From Lytechinus pictus (lineage: Eukaryota), in contig NC_087256.1 in NCBI RefSeq assembly GCF_037042905.1, positions 19,902,001-19,966,000 of the forward strand: 64,000 bases of DNA. The letters are read 5' to 3'. Positions 38,232 to 51,412 of this stretch are shown piece by piece. A program made the translations under genes and the position numbers. Below the pieces are notes generated by a model, which was not told the DNA's origin, did no database searches, and saw only the letters and a program-made list of their open reading frames with translations. How positions within the stretch are numbered: the stretch's first letter is position 1; each line of letters begins with the position of its first letter.

Positions 38232-41200
38232 ATGAAACTATACGTTCCACTCTTCGCTTTGCTGTTTGCTTATCATGGTGAGTGATTTTTTTTATTCATT
38301 TCTCTTTTTGTAGATTCTCAACGATATATAAATCAGAACTATATTTGAAATTCCATCGATTGTAATTAGGGATGAATTCGAGATTGAATATATATATCTT
38401 TTAACTCTACGTGACCTAAATCAAAATTATATATTTGTGTGTGTGTGTGTATATATACATATATATATAATTTTGGATTTCCTCTCAAACACAACCTTTT
38501 TATTGGTTTTAGATCAAGGACATTCCGGCAATAGGCCTTCGTGAAATATTGAATGTTTTTATATTATTTTATGTTATTTGATATGGTTTCGCAAAGAACA
38601 GTCGATGATATTTTTCTCTCTGTGACTGAGTCAATACCAGAGTCCTTGCGTATTTCATCGGTAGTATATAATTTTAACAGAGTTTTTTTTTACATATTCA
38701 GTTATACGTGCGTAGGCCTATCATGTTCTTTATATCAAAAGATTTTTAAACACCTAATAGATGTACTTTAAAGTAAGCTACAAATTTATATTCAATTTCA
38801 TATCATGCCGAATAACATTATATAGTATATCACGGAGAAGATTTCCTGAAAATTGGGCTTTATTTTTCTCCTCGTTGTTAGAAGATACGGCGTTCGAACA
38901 CACGAAACCTATCCATATCTTCTGAATACTATAGGGTCGAGGATATTCTAAATGATATATTGTGGTAGTCATAAATATTGATTTTATACATGACTTGCGT
39001 GGAAAGATGACCTATTAATGCCTAATCTTGATTGTGAAAATGCTATGATAGGTACCACCCCCCCCCCGGCCCCACCCCACAAAAAGGGTGAAAGTCGTGT
39101 TTTATATCGTTTTCTTAACCCCCCCCTCCCCCTACAGTTCAAGCCGCCGAGATCTGTTACGAAGGCTTGGGCTGCTTCACAGACGATCTCGAGTGCCACA
39201 AATACCGCTTCCCGCCACAAACTCTGGAAGAAATCGACCTCCACTTCTACCTCTACACTCGACGTACACGGGACACACCCTACGAGCTATTTTGGAATGA
39301 CGTCGAGAATATTCGAAGCTCGAACTTTGACCCGCTGAAGAAGACAAAGATTGTGACGCATGGTTTCCTGGGGAATTACTCAGAGCCTATTTACGCCGAC
39401 ATTAAGGATGGCTTTATTGCAAGGGTAAGTTGATTTTATGATTACAAAATACAGAACTATAAAACAACAGCAATCGAATGAAATTCGACAAATAGTTTAT
39501 TTGATCAGAACGATACCAGAAATAAATGTATGTCGACAGTAGTGGACCGTGACCCGGAGGAGACAAAGCATTGGAGGGGCACTGTATTGTTTGTGAACAA
39601 TGCTGTGCCCCCCCCCCCAAATGCTTTGTCTCCTCCGGGTCACGGTCCGCCACTGTATGTCGATGAAATTATGATTGCAATCACCTGTTAGATGAGAGCG
39701 TAGATATGACGAATGTCACGTAGCGAAATCGTGATTGGTCAAAAGTTAATCACGTGAGGAGATCTCCGTCCACCAATCACACGAGAATTACGCCTAGGAC
39801 ATGTAGGAGTATACTGTCCAGAATGAAAATGTGTTGCAGAGCTATACTGCCTGCACATAAATGTTGAGACCAACAGGGTGTATTATTTGATGAATCAAGT
39901 TCTTTTTTGCGATTTTGGGCCTATTAATATATTGTATATGTATACCTGTACGTCATTCTATTGGTTATATAATATATATTTGCTGATGTGAATTAAAATT
40001 ACATTCCACCGCTGCCAAACTTAAGGAGCATGCCAAGGTTCGTTCAGCACCCCTTGGTAGATTGCAATGGAAGGTTTACCAGGCAGACACTCGAGAGTTT
40101 TCGCAACTGCAATAGGGACAGATTCAAGAACACAGTAAATGTATTGAAAATGCTCTTCAAATGACAATGAAGAGTTGGAAGGTCTTTGTTGAAAATTGAT
40201 GAACCGGAACAGCAGTTTCTTCCTAAGTTTCGGAGCTGACAAAAACAATTTCAAATGTGTCGTTTGTTCAGAGTCCAGGACAAAACTGCTGTTTTGACTC
40301 AACCATTTTCCATGTTTTGGACAAAGACGTCTCGGTTTTCTTTGACGGTTCCATGACATTTGCTCCGGCGACAATTGCTCCGATGGAAGATCTGCACGTT
40401 AAGTCAACTATTATAATCTAATCTCCAAAACTAAATAAACCCTTATCCTTATCTTCACACTCTTTCGAAACAAAAACTCTATTACAATCCCAGCTGTAAC
40501 TCCATTCCCTCTGCGATATTAAGACCGGAGTAAATGTCGCAGGAGCAATTGTCGTGTCACCTCTTTGGTTTAATTTGAAGGGCATTTGGCAATATATTTT
40601 TCTATGTTTTTTTAATCCGCCATGCGTCGTGGAAACAAAAGCACCCTAGTGGTTGTAATACGTTTCTCCATGCAGATGCATTGACGCTACCCCCCCCCCC
40701 CCCGCAGGAGTCAAAATACGAATAATAAACCAATGTATATTAACAAAATCGAAAATCATAACATCCCCTTGAAGATTTAGATTCAAGATTCTTTTATTGG
40801 TCAATGTACGCATACAAAGAAATTTTGTTTTCAATTGCTCTAACAATTTAGGTATACACAAAGATGAAAAGTACAATTTATCATAACAATATTGAAAACT
40901 TTATACATTAAAAAAAAAACTAAGCTATTAACTTTCTGCAATTACTTTAGTACCCCTAAAAAATCATTTTTTTTACAAGTAATAATTTTCATATAATTTA
41001 TTTAAGTTTATATTCAAATAGCTATATCATTCTCTTCAAAATATTTTAGGAAGATGTGAATTTCATTCTCCTTGACTGGCGGGATGGGGCCGTGACGCTT
41101 TATCCGAGGGCCATGCAGAACGCCAGGGTGGTGGCCCGCCAACTCAGTCTTCTCATCAAGGCCTTGAACAGGGAGTTTGGAGCCTACTACAAAGACGTCC

Positions 41201-44200
41201 ACATCATGGGCTACAGTCTTGGTGGCCACGTCGCCGGGTACGTCGGGCAAGAGATCCCTGGACTTGGAAGGATTACTGGTAAATAAACAGATCAATTTTT
41301 ATTTCTTCATGATCAGGATGAAAGTCGGCCATAGGTACCTAAGCTCTGGATAGCGGTTTCCTGATTTAATTTAATTTATCACATTTTTAAAATCATTTCC
41401 ATTGCTTTTATTACGATTATTGAATTTTTGTCATGATTATATTACGTTTGTGTTTGTAATGTTGTATACTCATTTCTGATGTGAATGCAGAAATGAAATC
41501 AATCAATCAAATCTATCTATAAAACTCGATCAAAATGATAGTTTTATTTACGTGTCGTTTCCCGTGCTGTTTCCACATGTGATTTTTAAAACTACCGGGT
41601 ATGTTAATTTGCAAAAAAATATCCATGGTTGCTAATTTGCGGGGTGAAAGTAGAATTATTTCAAACTCAGAAAACTTGAGGACCATCACTCTCTACAATT
41701 ATCATTCCTCTTCATTACAGGTCTTGATCCAGCCGGTCCTGGTTTTCAGAACACTGACATTCCCGAATGTAGATTGGATAAAAGTGATGCGATCCTTGTA
41801 GACGTCATCCATACTGATGGAAGACCTGCTGGATATGGAACACTTACACCGGTAAGAACTCTTTATTGATTGTGATGATATAACTGCGTCACTTGCTGAT
41901 CCAGGGGAGGGGCAAAGCCGGCCGGTGCCCCCCTTGAGAAGCACAATTAAAGTTTGTAATATAAAAATGCCGTTAAAACTGAAGTGTGCCCCCCCCCCTT
42001 TGAAAGTGAAGAATTTTTTTTTTGGTTGTCAATTTTTTTGAGTGGACGAAATATCCTTAATTTGGGGTTAAAACCCATTTTTTTTTTGCTTGTCAAATAA
42101 TGTGCCCCCCCACCCCTTTTGGAAAATCTTGGATCCGCCCCTCAATTGCATGTACTCCTTAAGTAATATGATTGTCATTTTTCATGAGTCAGGCTCTCGA
42201 GTATATAATATACACATCATGTTTGTTTGGTTTGTTTTTTCAAAATAGCTGATTTTTTGTTTGGTCACTGACGGGAAATATCCCAGTTCGATTTCGTATT
42301 TTTAGATAAAAGGCTTTGCTCTGAAACGCGTAGGACACTGGCGTAAATCCGTGTTGATGGGTGGGGGGGGGATGACTGAAATATTTTGGCATTTTTTTGC
42401 AATCCTGTTTTTAGATATGCAAGGAATTGTCATTGATATGTCCACAGTGGCGTACCGTGGGTCACGGCATTGGGGAGGGGGGCACCAGCGAAATGTTTGA
42501 ATCACTGAGTGACCGAGCGCGCTCAGTTGCCAGTTATACTGACCTACTAGGGACATTTTCTGGACAATGTCATTAAACGGATATGCATCTCACTGATCAA
42601 ATAATGCGAGCGCAAAGCGCGAGCCGAATTTTTGTTATATTCACACCTAAAAAGATACATTATAATCAAATTTGTGTAATCATGACAGGTACCTGTCTCG
42701 CTAAACAATAAGAGCGCGAAGCGCGAGCTGAAGTTTTCGTATATTTTGACCCCAAACAGCGAGATTTTGAGGAATATATTTTAGGAATCCATTAAGAGTT
42801 TGCATATCTCACCATAGTCATCTAATGCGAGTGCCAAGCGCTTGCTGGTTTATAAGAATTACATCTGAACACATGAAACACTTTTTGTAGTCATTGCAAT
42901 CATGATTTTCATACGCATCTCACCAATCAAATATTGCGAGCGCGAAGCGCGAGCTGAAAACTTAGATAATTCAGACCTGAAGTGGGGCATTCTAAGGTTT
43001 CTTTGTAGGAATTAACTAGGACCATACGTATTTCAATATCCAAATGATGCGAGCGCGAAGTGCGAGCTGAAAATTTTTGATATTCAAATCAGAAGAAGGG
43101 ACATTTTAAGGACTGATTTTAGGAATTCATGAAGAGCAGACATATCTCACCAATCCACTAATGCGAACGTAATCACGGACAGGAAATGTTTCATATATAC
43201 GAAGACCTTAACATGGGGCAATCACTTTTTGAGTCATGAAAAAGAAGCATATGTCACTACATAAAACAATGATAACTCAAGTGCTAGGAAATATATTTGG
43301 TTTATATTGACTTGAAAACGGGATGTTTCAGTACAACAGGATTATATATCTCGTTAACAGACAATGCAAGCACCAGGAACAATGAATACGTAGGCCCTGG
43401 GCAAATTATGTTTCATGAAGTTATGATAAAAATGTTTCTTATGTAATGTAACATAACATAATTACAATATAACATTATAATGAATAATATTTTCTTCTTT
43501 CCCACTATACGCTTTTCTTCCTTTCTCCCTCTTTTCTCCTTTTCCCCCTTTTTTTTTTGGTCAGCCGATGGGGGGGGGGGGGCCGTAGTTACGCCACTGT
43601 ATGTCCATATGGCAAATATATACCCCTCTAATATTATTATCTTTTTTACCCCATGATGGTTTAATGGTTTAATTAGAGATTACATTAAAAAAGAATTGAC
43701 ATTCCAACTTAATCCCTTCCCAAAGACCCCAACATTGATGAATTAGAAGAAACGGGAGTTTCGCTTCAATGTTATAATAAGGACATAAGTATTTCGTTTG
43801 GAAATGGTGAACTGGCTCTTTATTTGCATTTTATGATTCAATTATATTGTTTTATTTGTTAAGCGGTATTTCAGGAAGAATCTTCACCAATAAAACAATT
43901 ATCTCTTGTGATTTTTTTTCATTTCTTTCGTAAAAAGTGGGGGGGATGTTTGTACAGGCCATCCCCCCCTCCTCAAAAAGTGGGGGGGATATATCCCCCC
44001 CATCCCCCCCGGGATTTACGCCAGTGGCGTAGGACGTTGATTTTTTTTAATCTATCATCTTTGGGGATGACGTGTTGTTGATGGCGGGTTCTAAGTTATT
44101 TCATCGGCCGATTTCATTTTCTTGTTTTCTGTTATTTTTTTCACACTCCTCATCGTTTCCCACTCCTTCTTTTTCCACTCCAACTTTTTTTTTTTCTTCT

Positions 44201-45545
44201 TCTACCCCTTTCTTCTTTAGCCTTCCTTTTTCAATTCACTTCAATTACCTCTTTTTTTCTTTCTTTCTTTCTTTACTTCTTACGTTTTATTTATTATTAT
44301 TATTATATATATATATCCATATTTATCTACATGTATCTTTCTTTTTGCAACTTTTTAAATAGTTCGGTCATATGGATTTCTACCCCAATGGTGGTCTTGA
44401 TCAGGAAGGGTGTTCTTTAGATGTTGTGTCTGTATGCAGTCATATGAGAGGTAGAGATTACTTCCTCGAAAGTCTGGTCAACCAAGACTGTCACTTTACA
44501 TCCTATCCGTGCTCCGACTGGAATAGGTAAGGTGGGAGGTAGATAGCGAAAGAGGAGAGGGAGAAGAATAGGATGAGCGAGGGGGAGGGGAGGAGGTACC
44601 AGGGGTCCATTTCATAAAAAGTGTTATCGTACAAAATTTGCAATAACAGTTTGAAGCTACTGAAATCAGTCAATTTGATTGGCTGATAGTAAACTTGTTA
44701 TAGACATTGTACATAAATTGTATTTTGTTATTATAACAAGGACCCTGATAAGCCTATAGAAAGATTCGAGAAGAAATTAACATGGGTGAAGATTGGGCAA
44801 TTCGACAAAGAGATTCATACATAAGAAATTAAGAACAAATTCGCAGGCTGAAAGAATAAACATGATAAATCAATTAACGGATCATAACTTATACTAGACA
44901 TGTTCTTCTTTTTTTATGAAGTCATTTTATCATCAGGTATGCAGGGACCGCGCCAGTCTGTTTTTTATAGGGAACGGTGGGGTGGCGGAGATCACGATTT
45001 CATGATGACTTTTGAAAGCATTATTTTATTTCCCTTTAATTGAATTGTGATGGAAAAATACTGTGATTTCTGCCGGCGTGTGTTACCAATAGGTTGGCCT
45101 ATCTGGTTAACACTCTTCTTTCTTCGCTTTTCTTCCTTTGTTTTCTTGCATTTCATCTCCTTTTTTCTTTTTTGTACTTTTTTAAAAGAATTAATGAGGG
45201 GCCGCCCCCATGCACCCACCAGTGACGCCGCCCGCGCCCCCGTCGTCGGAAGAATACAAAAAAAAAATACGGCGAAGGAAATGCTTGCATATTATAAATT
45301 TAGTCGTTATTTTTTGCCAATACTTTGCTAAGACCTATCTGTTTTATACATGATACGCCTTTTTTGATGCAGTTTTACTTTTTTGTTTTGCTTTATTTTT
45401 TTTATTTTTTAGCTTTCGTCTCGGTCGATGTAATTCTTGCGATGACGGTGGGTGTCCACCTATGGGTATCGATGCCGAGCTCAACCCGATCGAAGGCTCA
45501 TTCTACCTCCGAACCAACGCCCAATCTACATTCTGCATAGAATAA
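38232..45545 (+). CDS. Lipase 5: secreted pancreatic lipase-related protein, 329 aa. Exons 38232-38277, 39138-39424, 41050-41278, 41721-41851, 44363-44526, 45413-45545
   Basis: Signal [18 protein letters not shown]; motifs [45 protein letters not shown]. 990 nt in frame; the stop overlaps AATAAA. Confidence 0.92.
39537..39655. mobile_element. 119-bp hAT-type MITE
   Basis: ~38-bp TIRs (..GGACCGTGACCCGGAGGAGACAAAGCATT); perfect TSD TATGTCGA. Confidence 0.9.
42336..44026. mobile_element. hAT-type MITE (outer) containing a nested element
   Basis: TIRs CACTGGCGTAAATCC / GGATTTACGCCAGTG; perfect TSD GCGTAGGA. Confidence 0.88.
42445..43599. mobile_element. hAT-type non-autonomous element (inner, 1155 bp) with ~110-bp internal repeats
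   Basis: Termini CAGTGGCGTA / TACGCCACTG; perfect TSD TATGTCCA; repeated GCGAGCGCGAAGCGCGAGCTG. Confidence 0.88.
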
Positions 45546-46419
45546 AATAATTATCAAAAATTATTTGATTGTTATTTAATTATTAAACATTAATATGAAG
45601 GGTGCAATTTTCAAATCCACTCAAAATAAGAGTCGAGATGAATTTAAAAAATAAAATAATTAAGTAAAATTTTATAATGTGATAATGACAAACATGTTTT
45701 TTCTAAAAATCAGAAGATGATAATAAAGTTAACACATATTCAAAATATCCATTTTGTATTTTGTTGTGCATAATCATGTCGTCATATTAAAGTTAATTAG
45801 CGGATCCGAAGCTACTTATGTCTTGTGGCACTTCATTTTCTTTTGAATCCAGTATTTTGTTATTGTGTAGGAAAATGTTTTTTTATTGTCTGTATAGAAA
45901 ACTCAAGAAATTTAAACTTTTGTATTTATTGCATTATAGTAGTGTATATCTGTGAAAATAAGATGGTTTAAAAGTAATTTTTGTCACACATACCCAAACC
46001 GTCATAAGTGACGTAAATCCGATGCAGCAAATTTGACAAGCAAATGAGGATTACACATAATGTTTATCCAACACTCATTTGTTACATACAACAGGGTAAG
46101 GGTTTATTTAGAAGTTCATATCATTATCTCAATTTTCTGCTTTCTGCTTCAAGCCAGTGTGAGACTTCCATTTGAGAGAAATTTTGTTTTTGTTTTGATG
46201 TAGCATGTATAGGATCAATGGATATCAGTAGCTGCTATCTCAGGAGTATAATTCCCCCATGTCAAAGAGTATAGTCTTTGGAATGAAAAAAAGAGTAAAA
46301 TTAAACAAGTAAAAACAGAGAAAAATCCCTCAAAGTCGAATTGTGTGGAGAGTGTCTGGAAATAATTTACATTTGGGAAATAATAACAGATGAATAAAGT
46401 CTATGTGTTGATGGTGGTG

Positions 46420-46556
46420 NNNNNNNNNNNNNNNNNNNNNNNNNNNNNNNNNNNNNNNNNNNNNNNNNNNNNNNNNNNNNNNNNNNNNNNNNNNNNNNNN
46501 NNNNNNNNNNNNNNNNNNNNNNNNNNNNNNNNNNNNNNNNNNNNNNNNNNNNNNNN
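46420..46556. other. Assembly gap (N run)
   Basis: Run of N. Confidence 1.
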
Positions 46557-46760
46557 GATGATAGTATAGTATTTATTTTCCGTATAAAAACACAAAAAAG
46601 CAAAACGGATGGATAGCCCATTATCAGTTTAGTCGACATGACTATACTGTTCTTCCATGGGGTCCATATACAATACAAAGTAAAAAGTAAACACATATGA
46701 AAGAAGCATAACATATACGGTAAATCAAACAAAATAACAAAAATGACATGATATATGTTG
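46557..46760 (-). mobile_element. Possible 3' tail of an L2/CR1-type LINE or SINE
   Basis: Minus strand reads GGACCCCATGGAAGAACAG..AATGGGCTATCC..AATAAA followed by a short-repeat tail (TACTA/CAT). Resemblance only. Confidence 0.35.
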
Positions 46761-46907
46761 TTACTAATAAGAAAAGATCATAAAATTAAATAGTTTGGCA
46801 AGAATTTACACTAAATATTTTTAGAATGAAAGAATTGAATGAATTAGGCTGCTATCACGTTATTGAAAAAGGTTTCACAAGGAGCAAGGAATAATAAAAT
46901 GAATAAT

Positions 46908-47013
46908 ATGATGATGATGATGATGATGATGACTGGATGATGATGATGAAGTTGATGATGGTGATGATGGTGGTGATGATGATGATGGTGACGATGGTGA
47001 CGATGAAGATGAT
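46908..47013. repeat. (GAT)n/(GGT)n microsatellite
   Basis: Directly visible. Confidence 0.9.
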
Positions 47014-50000
47014 AAAAGGTATAGATCCTACTACTGAGCTAGCCTCAGCTAGCAGGAAGTATAAGCGTTTTTATTTAACACTTTAATGCTGCCAAAGGAA
47101 TTCTGAACCATTTTCTGTTTCACACATTATAAATACCGTGCTCTCGTGGTCTTTGTTTGAATCATTTAATTATTATCATTGTTTTATTATTATTTTAAGC
47201 ACACTTATGAAGGTTTCCATGGCGAAGAAGAATGGTGTAGCAGGTTTCACGGTACACCATGTATCTTTCTTGGGCATTCTGAAGACGACAAGAACAGCAA
47301 GAACACAGGTTTAGCGCCATCTCTTGTTTCAAACATTACAACCTTTTCACTCAGATCAGCTCAGCTCAGCTCAGCAGTGCAGTACAGTAGATCTAGATAA
47401 TAATTCAGCTCTGGAAAAGGTTTTGTGGTTGTGCAGTCGAAAAATGAAACTGGTGTCCTGACATTTGTACATAATTTACGTCAATACGTGGGCATCTACA
47501 GCTGATCGAATTGACTTGGAAGAAAGAACAACTTTGTTGGATCGATTCGACATTCAGGTTTCTCTTCATGGACATTAATGAATCCTGTTTCATCTCCACC
47601 ACAAAATGACGGAAGGGGCAAGTGTTACCGGTATGTGTACAGTCCCATGAAATGATAATGGTGTTTTCTCCCGGGGGGGGGGGGGGGGGAGTAGCTGTCA
47701 TTGGACATTGACATTGATTGAAACTGAGAGTGAGACAGCCTCCGCGAAAATTAATTTGGCATGCCATTAATTTTTCAAGGAAGGTGCCATTCTCTATTTG
47801 TTTGTTGATTCACTTGTGTTGTAAAATAGGGGTTTCAGGTTTAACGTTAATTCAGATTTTTTTTAAAACAATTTTCTGCAGCAGTGCAGGTCTTGTCCCG
47901 GGCGGGGGGGGGGGGGGGTTCACGATTTATAACATGATACCTATGTGCCGTACCAAAGTATCTCCCATAGAATTTGTGTGCACCTAAAACTTTTGAATTG
48001 CAAAATACTCTTTTTTTTTTATTAAAGAAGACTAATTTTTCGTGTTGTTTCTCGCTCCCTTTTTTTTTCATTTGGTACGTACTTAAAAAAAAATTATTTT
48101 GATAAGTTCATCTTCAGAAATCCTTATCCAGAAGATAGAAAGGGTCAAGACATGGTCATTGGGGAGAAAGTGAGCTCATTTTGGGAACAAAATACATTAA
48201 TTTTATGCATGGGTGTGTGTGTGTCGACTCTACATTTGCGAATTGATGAGGGCAATACCATATTTGTTTTACTTTAGCCTAAAGTTAGGTGTATATGCAT
48301 ATAGTTTTAAAAGGTCATAATGTTTTACAAGGTATATTTCGGCTAAAAACCAATGCTGGTGATGATGATGTCAAATTGCCTGTCTGATTATATACATGTA
48401 CTTTGTATCTGTACAACTCTGCGAATCTTTTTCTTGTGGTTGTGTAATGTCTGATTTTGCAACCCTCTAATACAAATGGATAGGTGTAGTAGGTTATGCA
48501 GAGTCAGAGGCGGAATGGCAGTGACCAAAGCCAAGGGTGAACATGGTAAAAGGCCAATGGATGAAACAAGAGAAAGGACTATAGTTATAACTATGGAGCT
48601 ACATGTACTATTGTAGGCAGAGTAGCCTATACATGTAGTATTACCCCAAATATCCAAATACATTACAGTTTTCTGTTGATTATCTGTAAAATCAAGGGAG
48701 AAAATGTTTTATTATAGATATCAAAGACTTATAAATTGAAATTGAATTGAGCTTGTAATGTAATGTAATTCCTCAATCAGGAATCTCGGAAAGAGTTGCA
48801 CCTATAATGCCATGAAGATGGTAAAATTTTAAGAGCACAGACAATTTGCTTGTAAGGGTTTTGTCAAGTTGTCTCGAGGTAGAGTATTCCTGCAATACCA
48901 TGGTACCACACTGGATGTACATGTATGCGACATCTATTGAACTGTTTATGTATTTTGTTCCTAAATTGAGCTCATTTGACACCATTTTTATCTACTGGAT
49001 AAGGGCTTGTTAGATAGAGACTTTTCAAAATAAAAAAGACATTAAGAACACAAAAAAGGAGCTTTCTAACCACTTTTAGTGTATTTAGTGCCTTCCAATG
49101 AAAGTTTGTTGACCTTTTGACCTTTCTGGTCATAACTTTATAATGGTAGGTCAAGGGTACATGGTGCTGTACACTTGTTTGTTTAGTATTAATTTGAGGG
49201 GCTTTTAAAAATATTTACCCCATTTTTACCCCTAACATGGTCAAGATGAACATTAAAAATTTGACACCAAGTTGAAAGTTGTTCCTTGTGATGTCACCAA
49301 TAACATAAAAGTGAAAAATCAGACTTGGCTAATTTTCAAAGTATATGTAGCTGTTAAATTATGACATATTGACATACATGTACATATATATATACATAAT
49401 AAAACCATCAATTTGTTCAAGTAGCTTTTTTGTAAGGAACATCAATTTTTTTCACATTCACAAAAAATGTTGTTCTTTTCATTTTCACAAAGGATATAAA
49501 TCCTTAAAATCAAAGTCAACTTTTGAATAATGTGCACGTTAATAATATATATCATACTTAAAAAAAAAAAAAAAAAGGATAAATTGTAGTTTTATCTATA
49601 TTAATACCATCAATTCGGTCTTTTTTTAATTCTTGAAATATTAATTTTGAATCTTGTGACATAGAATTTAAGACATTATCAAGAAAGTACATATCAGGTT
49701 TATTCATTGGTCAATATAAATAACATTCAAGGAAACTGATGTCATCATACATGAACATACATATTGTAGTTTTGTGAAGAATACCATCTCTGCAATTATT
49801 TACTTCTTTTTACACAGGAATGTACATGTAAGCCATAGAAAAAGGAATTAATACTTTATACACTACATGTGATGTTTAATACTACTAAATCCATAATTAC
49901 TGACATCAGTATAAATTACATTTTTTCTGAATAGTATTATTAGAAAAGATCATTAGAACTGATTTTAAATAAATGAACTTCTTTGTACACCTTGTGATAG

Positions 50001-50753
50001 ACAGGCATGTTTGTTTACCTTCAATGTCAAAACCAGAAACAAAACTGATAGTATGTAGAGCATATTGTAGTTTTGTGAATGATATCAATGCAACCAAGCT
50101 ATTTGTTGACATGGTGCTACATTTTCACAACATTTTTGTGGTATTTACAACCAAAAAATAAACTTTTGTTTAGAGAGAATTTGCTACATGTCGCCATAAA
50201 AATAAGATTTCAACTGGATCTTTGTATTATGAAGTTAGATTTTCAAATATATGAATTGATGGGCAGTCAAAGTCATCTTCTTTCAAACTTAATATTTTTT
50301 TTACCATTTACAGGGTAGGCCATACTTCTACCTCTTATTATGAAACAAATTATTGTCCTCAAAAGAAATGATTTGCAATAGCGTGTTTTTAAACTTTAAT
50401 TACTTTATATATGATTGCAAAAGTTTGTCAACTGAATTAAACTAAGTCTTGGTGATTTGCTTTAAGTAGCTAGATGACACCCCCCCCCCCCCATTTCATG
50501 AATTTTATCTTTGTTTATTTATGTTTGCTTTAAGTCATTGCTTATAATACAAATGTATAATGGTGTCTTTGATCTCATATTTTAATTTGTTTGCTTGTTA
50601 AAAAAAAAACGCAAATTGCTTCCAGTAATGGCAGTGACCTTTGTCTTTTATTTTGTGCTTGGCAGAAAACTTTTCTACAGTACACCACTCCCCCCCCCCC
50701 CCTGCCTACGCAGTAAATCCCAAGATCCACTCCTGGTATTGTATGGATTTTAA

Positions 50754-51224
50754 AGGGATGGTCCGGGTTGAAAATATTTATATCTTAATACATTCATTAG
50801 GTGGGCTGATGACGTCACATCCCCACTTACCGTTTTCTTATGTAATGACATGAAATCATATTTTTTTCATTATTTCATACTTGTGTGAATAATATGTCTC
50901 CCTTATAATGAAATAAGTTGCAGCAATAAATATCTAATGCACTAAACCAGTTGTCAATCCAATTTTTCTAGTTCTTGGAAGAAAAATTTTGAATAAACCT
51001 AATTTCATATAATAAAATACAAAAGAACAAGTGGAGATGTGACATCATCAGCCCACCTAATGAATATTCATGACGACTGTTTTCACAAAATATTGCTAAA
51101 CTTTAAAATTCAATAAGTTTGTTATTTGTTATCTACGGTAATTTTGATGAAACTTTCGGCATTTTGCTCAGTGAATTCTACTCTATTTATTAAGCTATAA
51201 ATACTTTCAGCCCGGACCATCCCT
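50754..51224. mobile_element. Kolobok-type MITE
   Basis: 29-bp TIRs AGGGATGGTCCGGG(T/C)TGAAA(A/G)TATTTATA with TTAA TSD on both sides. RR termini plus TTAA is the Kolobok signature. Confidence 0.8.
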
Positions 51225-51412
51225 TTAAGGCTCATGGGACCTGTGCATCATAATTTTCTTGAAACAGAGAGCAATTGGATTACACTGCACATTTTTTTTT
51301 AATGAAGTAATGAATGGCTATAAAATAGTTAGAGAATTTAAAGTTCCAGACTGGACCCAAAAATGAAATTGACAAATTGTATTCCAATCAAAATAAACTA
51401 CTTAAGCTTTAA

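Noticed and set aside
26750-40640. Same old repeat family in intron 2 of both lipase 3 and lipase 5, as a possible pre-duplication insertion
   Set aside because: The core is in opposite orientation in the two introns and a third copy occurs at ~60905-61210 in an unrelated gene, so independent insertions are more likely.
41890-42143. Additional hAT-like MITE in lipase 5 intron 4
   Set aside because: Family motifs are present, but the left TIR and TSD are too degenerate to define with confidence.
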